A stretch of DNA of 64,000 bases from Spirochaetia bacterium (GTDB lineage: Bacteria > Spirochaetota > Spirochaetia > UBA9216), in assembly GCA_963677925.2 (NCBI GenBank), contig CAXXYH010000004.1, positions 2,304,001 through 2,368,000 of the forward strand, given 5' to 3'. The position numbers and the translations under genes are program-made. Each line of letters begins with the position of its first letter. The first letter of the stretch is position 1. The notes under the pieces were generated by a model. The model made no database searches. It was not told the DNA's origin and saw nothing but the letters and a program-made list of their open reading frames with translations. Positions 56,980-64,000 of this stretch are shown one piece after another.

Positions 56980-59646
56980 ATGGCAAAAACAAAATTTATT
57001 TATTTTTTCGGAAACGGAAAAGCCGAAGGTGATGCCAGCATGAAAGAACTGCTGGGCGGAAAGGGTGCAAACCTTGCAGAAATGACCAGTCTTGGTATTC
57101 CGGTACCGCCCGGATTCACAATATCTACAGAAGTATGTGATGAGTTCTACAAAAATAACAGAAAATATCCAGCAGGACTAAATGAGGAACTTGATACTAC
57201 ACTCGATAAGCTTGAAAAGCTGATGGGTAAAAAACTCGGAGATCCCTCAGATCCTCTTCTTGTTTCAGTCCGTTCAGGTGCAGCAGTTTCAATGCCCGGC
57301 ATGATGGACACTATTCTTAACCTTGGTATGAATGACAAGGCTGTTGTCGGTCTTTCAGAAAAAACAGGAAACGAAAGATTTGCATGGGATGCGTACAGAC
57401 GATTTATCCAGATGTACAGTAATGTTGCTCTCGGCATGGATATAAATGTTTTTGAAGATATTCTTGAGTCAATGAAGCACAAAAAGGGTGTTGAGCAGGA
57501 TACTGAACTTGATGCTGAAGATCTTAAGAAACTTGTTTCCCTCTACAAAGATGCCTTTAAAAAGGTTCAGAAAAAACCCTTCCCGCAGGATCCTATGGTT
57601 CAGCTTCAGGGAGCTATTGATGCAGTTTTCGGCTCATGGAATAATCCAAAGGCTATCAAATATAGAGATATTAACTCAATTAAAAACCTCAAGGGTACAG
57701 CTGTAAACGTACAGTCTATGGTATTCGGTAACTTCGGTGACGATTCAGGTACAGGCGTATGTTTCTCTAGAGACCCCTCAACAGGTCAGAATGTTTTCTA
57801 CGGGGAATATTTGATGAATGCACAGGGTGAAGACGTTGTAGCAGGTATCAGAACTCCCGAAAAGCTTTCCAAGCTTGCAAAACAGGACAAGGGAATCTAT
57901 CAGCAGCTTGTTGATATTAAAGATAAACTTGAAAAACACTACCGTGATATGCAGGATATGGAATTTACAATCCAGCAGGGCAAACTTTTCATTCTTCAGA
58001 CAAGAAACGGAAAGAGAACCGGTGCATCCGCTGTAAAGGTAGCTGTTGACCTGGTTAATGAAAAACTTATTACAAAAGAAGAGGCAATGTTCAGGGTTGA
58101 TGCAGATCAGCTGGATCAGCTTTTCCACCCGATGATTGATCCGAAAGTTAAAAAAACACTTTCAGCACTTGCAAAGGGTCTTAATGCATCACCGGGAGCA
58201 GCTTCAGGAAAGATTGTTTTTTCTGCAGATGAAGCAGAAGCCTGGGTTGCCAAGGGCGAGAGCAAGGTTCTTCTGGTAAGAAAAGAAACTTCTCCTGATG
58301 ATATCGGAGGAATGAACGTTGCCCAGGGTATTCTTACTTCGACCGGCGGTATGACAAGCCATGCAGCAGTTGTTGCACGCGGTATGGGCCGTCCCTGTGT
58401 TGCAGGATGTAAGGACGTTGTTATCAGCGGAAAGACTATGAAAGTCGGCGGAAAGACCTTCAAGGAAGGTTCCTGGGTTACTATCGACGGTTCAACCGGT
58501 GAAGTTTTTGAAGGCCAGGTAGAAACCAAGGCTCCAAAGATGTCAAAGGAACTGAATGATTTCCTCGGTTGGGCAGATGCAATCAGACTTAATGCAAAGA
58601 GAGACGGTCTTGCACAGAAGGGCTTCCTTGTAAGAACCAATGCTGATCAGCCTGCTGATGCTAAGCTTGCAAGAAACTTCGGTGCTGAAGGTATCGGTCT
58701 CTGCCGAACAGAGCACATGTTCTTTGACGAAGGCAAGCTTGAATACTTCCAGGAAATGATTGTTGCTGATACAACAGACGAAAGAAAGAAGGCTCTTAAG
58801 AAAATCCTTGCTCTTCAGACAAAGGACTTCAGAGGAATTTTCAAGGCTATGGCAGGACTTCCTGTTACAGTAAGACTTCTTGATCCTCCTCTACATGAGT
58901 TTGTTCCGCAGACAAAGGCTGATATCAAAGCCCTTGCAGAACAGATGGGTAAAACTCCTAAAGAACTTACCGACAAGATTGCTTCACTTCATGAATCAAA
59001 CCCGATGCTTGGACACAGAGGCTGCCGTCTTGGTGTTACATATCCTGAAATCTATGATATGCAGGTTGAGGCCATTATTACTGCAGCAGTAGATGTTGCT
59101 TCAAAGGGTGATAAGGTAATTCCTGAAATCATGATTCCGCTTGTTGGAACATGGCAGGAGCTCAGTACTCTCAGGGCTAATGCAGAAGAAGTAATAAAGG
59201 CTGTATTTGCCAAGAAGAAAAAGAAAGTTGACTACAAGATTGGTACAATGATTGAGATTCCAAGAGCTGCTCTTACAGCTGATGAAGTTGCACAGTATGC
59301 AGACTTCTTCTCATTCGGTACAAACGACCTTACTCAGATGACTTTCGGTCTTTCAAGAGATGATGCAGGTGCATTCCTTCCTTCATACATTCAGCAGAAC
59401 ATTCTTGAAAAAGATCCTACAGCTTCACTTGACCAGACTGGTGTTGGTAAACTTGTTTCAATGGCATCAGAACTCGGCCGAAGCGTTAAAGCGGATCTTA
59501 AGCTTGGTATCTGTGGTGAGCACGGCGGAGATCCTGCTTCAATTGATTTCTGTTACAGAACAAACCTGAACTATGTTTCATGTTCTCCATACAGAGTTCC
59601 AATTGCAAGACATGCAGCAGCTCAGGCTGTTCTTCGAAACAAATAA
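56980..59646 (+). CDS. ppdK: Pyruvate phosphate dikinase
   Basis: LLGGKGANLAEM, GGMTSHAAVVARG, GIGLCRTEHMF, GICGEHGGDP. Confidence 0.98.
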   Translation: MAKTKFIYFFGNGKAEGDASMKELLGGKGANLAEMTSLGIPVPPGFTISTEVCDEFYKNNRKYPAGLNEELDTTLDKLEKLMGKKLGDPSDPLLVSVRSGAAVSMPGMMDTILNLGMNDKAVVGLSEKTGNERFAWDAYRRFIQMYSNVALGMDINVFEDILESMKHKKGVEQDTELDAEDLKKLVSLYKDAFKKVQKKPFPQDPMVQLQGAIDAVFGSWNNPKAIKYRDINSIKNLKGTAVNVQSMVFGNFGDDSGTGVCFSRDPSTGQNVFYGEYLMNAQGEDVVAGIRTPEKLSKLAKQDKGIYQQLVDIKDKLEKHYRDMQDMEFTIQQGKLFILQTRNGKRTGASAVKVAVDLVNEKLITKEEAMFRVDADQLDQLFHPMIDPKVKKTLSALAKGLNASPGAASGKIVFSADEAEAWVAKGESKVLLVRKETSPDDIGGMNVAQGILTSTGGMTSHAAVVARGMGRPCVAGCKDVVISGKTMKVGGKTFKEGSWVTIDGSTGEVFEGQVETKAPKMSKELNDFLGWADAIRLNAKRDGLAQKGFLVRTNADQPADAKLARNFGAEGIGLCRTEHMFFDEGKLEYFQEMIVADTTDERKKALKKILALQTKDFRGIFKAMAGLPVTVRLLDPPLHEFVPQTKADIKALAEQMGKTPKELTDKIASLHESNPMLGHRGCRLGVTYPEIYDMQVEAIITAAVDVASKGDKVIPEIMIPLVGTWQELSTLRANAEEVIKAVFAKKKKKVDYKIGTMIEIPRAALTADEVAQYADFFSFGTNDLTQMTFGLSRDDAGAFLPSYIQQNILEKDPTASLDQTGVGKLVSMASELGRSVKADLKLGICGEHGGDPASIDFCYRTNLNYVSCSPYRVPIARHAAAQAVLRNK

Positions 59647-59663
59647 TCTTAGAAAATATAATC

Positions 59664-59694
59664 AGGGCTGACCGTGACCGGTCAGCCTTTTTTT
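59664..59694 (+). terminator. Intrinsic terminator of ppdK
   Basis: GGCTGACCG-TGAC-CGGTCAGCC followed by T7. Confidence 0.88.
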
Positions 59695-59749
59695 ATATAC
59701 ATTCAGCTGAACGGGTTAATCTGTATAGCAAATATGCTATAATTAAAAG

Positions 59750-60790
59750 ATGAATGGAATTGAATTATTTATAAAGAAAATGCCGAAAGTTGAACTGCAT
59801 GTTCACCTTGAAGGCTCTGTAAAACCGGAAACACTTCTCAAACTTGCAGAAAAGAATAAAGTGGATCTTCCGTATGATACACTTGAAGGATTAAAAGACT
59901 GGTACAGGTTTGAAAACTTCGATGGGTTTATTGAGGTTTACCTTAAAATATGTGAATGTATAAAAACTGCTGAAGATATTACTCTTATAGCATCTGAATT
60001 CCTTAAAGGTCAGGCTGAACAAAACATCATATATTCAGAAATTACATGGACACCCTTTACCCATCTAAAGCAGCATGGTATTTCCATTGATGAACAGGCT
60101 GAAGCCCTTGCCGAGGCCTCTGTAAAGGCTGAGGAGGAATCCGGTATACACAGCCGCTACATATTTGATATTTCAAGGCAGGAATCACCTGAAGACGGTC
60201 TGGTAACTGCAAAATGGCTTGCAGAAAACGCTAACAACGGTTTGACAGTCGCATTGGGACTTGGCGGACCGGAAGCGGAGTACCCCGCTGAAATCCATTA
60301 TGAATCGTTTAAAACTGTTAAAGATGCCGGTATTTATGCTGTTCCGCACGCAGGTGAGACAGCCGGGCCTGAAAGCATACGTTCGGCATTTGAACAGCCT
60401 GGAACGGCTCGAATCGGGCATGGCGTAAGGCTGGTAGAGGATTTGGAACTGCTTGAAGAAGTAAAACGTAACGGTATTGTTCTTGAAGTCTGTCCGACAA
60501 GTAATATCTGTCTTAAAGTATTTTCTGATTACAGTAAACACAGTCTCCCGGAGCTTATAGATAAAGGTATAATGGTTACCATCAATTCTGATGATCCACC
60601 TATGTTCAATACGACACTTACAAAAGAGTATCAGTTAATTCATGAACATTACGGATACGGTGTGAAGGATTTTTACCGGTTTAACCGGACAGCTCTTGCT
60701 GTAGCCCTCTGTGACAACAGGACAAAGCTGATAATCAGTACTGATTATGAGAACAAATGGAAAGAAAGCCTGAAGATACTGGAAGAATAA
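59750..60790 (+). CDS. add: Adenosine/adenine deaminase
   Basis: PKVELHVHLEGS, HAGET, RIGHG, EVCPTSN, NSDDP. Confidence 0.93.
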   Translation: MNGIELFIKKMPKVELHVHLEGSVKPETLLKLAEKNKVDLPYDTLEGLKDWYRFENFDGFIEVYLKICECIKTAEDITLIASEFLKGQAEQNIIYSEITWTPFTHLKQHGISIDEQAEALAEASVKAEEESGIHSRYIFDISRQESPEDGLVTAKWLAENANNGLTVALGLGGPEAEYPAEIHYESFKTVKDAGIYAVPHAGETAGPESIRSAFEQPGTARIGHGVRLVEDLELLEEVKRNGIVLEVCPTSNICLKVFSDYSKHSLPELIDKGIMVTINSDDPPMFNTTLTKEYQLIHEHYGYGVKDFYRFNRTALAVALCDNRTKLIISTDYENKWKESLKILEE

Positions 60791-61479
60791 TAAGAGAGCT
60801 GTACGAGACCCTGTTGTCAGTGTACGGTCCGCAGGGCTGGTGGCCGCTACGTTCGGGAAAGCATAATATAGTTTTCACTGAAGGAGGCTATCATCCAGGA
60901 GTTTCGGTCAAACTCAGTTTAAATGAGCAGTTTGAAATCTCTGCAGGTGCAGTGCTGACGCAGAATACAGCCTGGAATAATGCCGCTTCTGCAATCGATG
61001 CCCTGCTGACAGCAGGGATGTTATCAGCAGAAGCTGTTGCTGCTGCTGAACACGAAAAATTAGCCGGCCTTATCAGAAGCAGCGGATATTTTAATCAAAA
61101 AGCTGAGCGGCTGAAAATTCTGGCTGATTATTATATCCGCAAACGCGGAGAAATTCCGGAAAGAGCTGAGTTGCTGAGGCTGAAGGGTATAGGCCCTGAA
61201 ACCGCCGATTCTATTCTTCTGTATGCCTGGGATATCCCTGTTTTTGTCATAGATGCGTATACGAGGCGACTTCTTTCAAAAATCACTGCTGATGAGAGCT
61301 TCCAGAGAATGAAATATGAAGACGTGAGATATGTTTTTGAACATTCTCTGGCTGAATCAGTCGGTATATATCAGGAATATCATGCTCTTGTGGTTATTCA
61401 CTGTAAGACCTTCTGCAGGAAAGTTCCGTTCTGTAAGGGCTGCCCGCTTGTTTCTATTTGCAAGTATAGGGAAAAATGA
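60757..61479 (+). CDS. Endonuclease III-like HhH-GPD DNA glycosylase with 4Fe-4S motif
   Basis: GAVLTQNTAW, LKGIGPETADSILLYA, VIDAYTRR, C-x6-C-x2-C-x5-C. Confidence 0.9.
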   Translation: MERKPEDTGRIIRELYETLLSVYGPQGWWPLRSGKHNIVFTEGGYHPGVSVKLSLNEQFEISAGAVLTQNTAWNNAASAIDALLTAGMLSAEAVAAAEHEKLAGLIRSSGYFNQKAERLKILADYYIRKRGEIPERAELLRLKGIGPETADSILLYAWDIPVFVIDAYTRRLLSKITADESFQRMKYEDVRYVFEHSLAESVGIYQEYHALVVIHCKTFCRKVPFCKGCPLVSICKYREK

Positions 61480-61526
61480 TTGAAAAGTATTGAATTCTCG
61501 ATTAATCTTGATATGGGGAGAAAAGC

Positions 61527-62051
61527 GTGAAAGAGATACAGGAAAAGCGTGCCTATATTGATGAATTTCAGAAGCTTAGCATATTTCAGTTTATGTCTGC
61601 AGCCGAGATACTCAGCATAATTGAAGGCAGTGAATTAATCCTCTTTAATGACAGCGAAAAAATAGTCACACAGGGTGAAATAAATCAGAATATCCTTGCA
61701 GTAGTAAAGGGTACAGTCCAGGTAAGTGTACGCGAAGAAAGCGGTAAGGATGTTTACATCAGCTCAATTGAGGCCGGCGAGATATTCGGTGAGGCAGGCA
61801 TGTTTCTTCGTGTCAAACGAACTGCCAATATAGTGAGCCTTGATGAGTCTGTTATTCTGAGGATACCAAGAAGTATTCTGATGGAGTTTATCAAACATAA
61901 TTCATCTACCGGGAATAAACTGCTTCTTGTTGTCATTCACAGCCTGCTGAAGAAGCTTAGAAGCGCTAATCAGGACCTGGCCTTCGAAAAGATGTGTGAG
62001 GTTCAGTTCAGCGAGGTTGATTCAATTATTGCCGAATTAAGCGATAAATAA
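61527..62051 (+). CDS. Stand-alone cyclic nucleotide-binding domain protein
   Basis: GEIFGEAG...RTANI; no C-terminal HTH. Confidence 0.85.
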   Translation: MKEIQEKRAYIDEFQKLSIFQFMSAAEILSIIEGSELILFNDSEKIVTQGEINQNILAVVKGTVQVSVREESGKDVYISSIEAGEIFGEAGMFLRVKRTANIVSLDESVILRIPRSILMEFIKHNSSTGNKLLLVVIHSLLKKLRSANQDLAFEKMCEVQFSEVDSIIAELSDK

Positions 62052-62062
62052 GCGGACCGGCA

Positions 62063-63787
62063 GTGAGGTCAATCAAGTCCCTTATAATTTACATCATATT
62101 CTTTCTAATTGTTGTGACAATGCCGGTTTTCTCTGCAGATACTGAACTTTCAGAATTATGGAAGTACTCGGCCGGCGGAAAACTCCTCAGCAGTCCGATT
62201 ATAACCGAGTTCGGAACAGTCTATGTATATGCAGAAGACAGGCATCTGCATGCAATTAATGCCGCTGGTGAGTTTCTATGGAAATGCAGGATTACCGGTA
62301 CTCCGGCCGATTCACTGGCGGCAGGACCTGACAATACCATTTACGTCTGCAATAAGGAAGGGATTCTGAATGCTGTTAATCCCGGAGGTCAGGTTATCTG
62401 GAAGGTCAGGACCGGCGGAGAGCCCGCAGGCGACCCCTCAATCGCCACAGACGGAACAATATGTGTTACTTCCAAATCAGGCACGGTAAGTCTGTACAGT
62501 CATACCGGGCGATTACGATGGCGCTTTGAATCCGGTTCGAGTATTCAAGCTGCGGCTATTATTGATACATACCAGGGTATATTCATCTCTTCTGATACCG
62601 AGGGCATTATTGCCTTGAGTCCGTGGGGCAGAGAGCTTTGGAGATGGAAGCCTGATAATTTTCAAAGCGGCACAGTCTTTCATCTCGCGGTCCATGATCA
62701 CAGGCTGTATTTTGCATCGACTGCCGGAATCATAGGAGCTTTTGACAGTTTCGGCACTCTTTTATGGAGTGCAGAGACTGGTTTCTCATATAATTCATTG
62801 ATTCTAACAGATACTGGTATGCTGTGCAGCGGTAACGGCGGAAGGCTTGTCTCAATTAATTATTCAGGAGCTGAGATTTTTAATAAAGTGGTTAATGCAG
62901 ATCTGAATGCTCATCCTGCCGCCGGCCTCAACGGTGTATATTTTCTCAACGGAGAGCATAAACTGGTGCTCGTGAGTTATGAAGGTCGAATTATAGCATC
63001 CGCAGATGCTGAGGGCGAGGTTTTAAGCCAGTTCAGCCTTGGAGCCGGTAGAATTGTTACCGGAACTGACAGATGGATTGTTTACTGTTTCAGAGCTTCA
63101 CTGCCGTTGAGCGGTTACTGGGCGCAGAAGGGGAAGAATGCACTGCATGCCGGCAGTACTGTAAGTGAAAGTTATACAATTAATGAAAATATGTACCGGA
63201 CAGTGATAGATTATGTATATCTGAGCAGTCTTCTTGAGTCTGATTCGGTTGATCAGAAAAAGAAGGCTTTATCTGAGATCTATGAACGGATTCTTGATGA
63301 CCGGGAAGACCGCGGAGAAAACTATCTGCTTCCGCTGCTTTACAAGGCTATGACTGAAGGCCGGACAAGGGTGAATACTGCCGGCGGATATGCTTCATCG
63401 AACAATTATCCCTCGGTGCGTGCTGAGGCTGCAAGGCTGGCAGGCTATGCCGGAAATCTGGAAACCATTGAACTTCTTGTATCGCTGCTGGACGGTGAAA
63501 AAGACGGTGAAGTAAGAGTTCAGATGATAAGAGCACTCGGCCGTCTGAATTCTGATTATAAGGGGCTGGTCCTTCCTGCTCTCTACAGGCAGATCCGGGG
63601 TGATTTTACCGGTATTCCTGATGAAAAAATTGCAACCACTACCGTTGATGCGGTAATATCGATTATAATGTATTCGGGTGTGAAGGCTTCAGGATTCGGT
63701 CTGAAGCTTCTGCTTGAAATCAGCCGCGGGCCCTATTCTTCCGGAACCAGGGCCAGGGCTTCTGATGCTTTAAGGAGGATAATGTGA
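62063..63787 (+). CDS. Exported PQQ-like beta-propeller plus HEAT-repeat protein
   Basis: Signal peptide, repeated A.n..G...W blades, VRAEAARLAG / VRVQMIRALG HEAT motifs. Confidence 0.8.
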   Translation: MRSIKSLIIYIIFFLIVVTMPVFSADTELSELWKYSAGGKLLSSPIITEFGTVYVYAEDRHLHAINAAGEFLWKCRITGTPADSLAAGPDNTIYVCNKEGILNAVNPGGQVIWKVRTGGEPAGDPSIATDGTICVTSKSGTVSLYSHTGRLRWRFESGSSIQAAAIIDTYQGIFISSDTEGIIALSPWGRELWRWKPDNFQSGTVFHLAVHDHRLYFASTAGIIGAFDSFGTLLWSAETGFSYNSLILTDTGMLCSGNGGRLVSINYSGAEIFNKVVNADLNAHPAAGLNGVYFLNGEHKLVLVSYEGRIIASADAEGEVLSQFSLGAGRIVTGTDRWIVYCFRASLPLSGYWAQKGKNALHAGSTVSESYTINENMYRTVIDYVYLSSLLESDSVDQKKKALSEIYERILDDREDRGENYLLPLLYKAMTEGRTRVNTAGGYASSNNYPSVRAEAARLAGYAGNLETIELLVSLLDGEKDGEVRVQMIRALGRLNSDYKGLVLPALYRQIRGDFTGIPDEKIATTTVDAVISIIMYSGVKASGFGLKLLLEISRGPYSSGTRARASDALRRIM

Positions 63788-64000
63788 AAAAAATCAATCT
63801 GGTGTTTATAATTACTGCTGTATTTATACTTGCTGCAGCCGGGCAGGCTTCGGCGCAGGATAATATTTACCTTGAAGAGCTTCAGAAGGCCGGTGAGGGT
63901 GCTGATATTGTTTTTGATAATTATATTGGACCCCATAAAATAATTGATTCTATCGCCGAAATAAGGGGAATAGGCAGCTATCTTGCTTCAGGTATTAATG
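63784..64000 (+). CDS. N-terminus of a P83/100-family spirochete antigen (3'-truncated, absent from the ORF track)
   Basis: GTG start; MKKINLVFIITAVFILAAAGQASAQD...IVFDNYIGPHKIIDSIAEIRGIGSYLASG resembles the P83/100 N-terminal F.NY.GP...I.GIG..LA pattern. Confidence 0.65.
   Translation, partial: MKKINLVFIITAVFILAAAGQASAQDNIYLEELQKAGEGADIVFDNYIGPHKIIDSIAEIRGIGSYLASGIN

Noticed and set aside
1-64000. CRISPR arrays, IS elements, prophage, tRNA/rRNA and defence genes
   Set aside because: No regularly spaced repeats, transposase/integrase motifs or cloverleafs seen; intergenic gaps are all short

Overview
Chromosomal core region of a spirochete, probably a free-living Spirochaetaceae member (periplasmic-flagellum gene set, P83/100 antigen, FapA). 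It contains the tail of a flagellar operon (flhG end, fliA, fapA, atypical cheA), a cell-wall/secretion block (maf, PBP, signal peptidase, LysM-M23, secA), housekeeping and metabolic genes (nnr, nagZ, ilvC, modF, lysC, ppdK, add), the late flagellar cluster (flgN-flgK-flgL-fliW-csrA converging on flaB-flaB-flaG-fliD-PilZ-tsaE-tsaB-HD-GYP), infC-rpmI-rplT-zapB-zapA-6S RNA, a lysine riboswitch, a JAB-DinG helicase, groES and a short sigma70-family factor. I saw no tRNA, rRNA, CRISPR or mobile element. The most interesting signals are non-coding: (1) a near-consensus sigma28 promoter just after cheA that reads into ~65 nt with no ORF and a strong terminator, i.e. a candidate FliA-dependent sRNA with complementarity to the flaG ribosome-binding site; (2) a sigma54 promoter plus enhancer palindrome before an RpoS-like sigma; (3) long structured flagellin leaders with position-conserved CsrA hairpins; (4) IlvY-type operators with no ilvY; (5) several apparently leaderless genes; (6) a one-base frameshift in lysC. 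All calls are by eye from motifs, without database searches.
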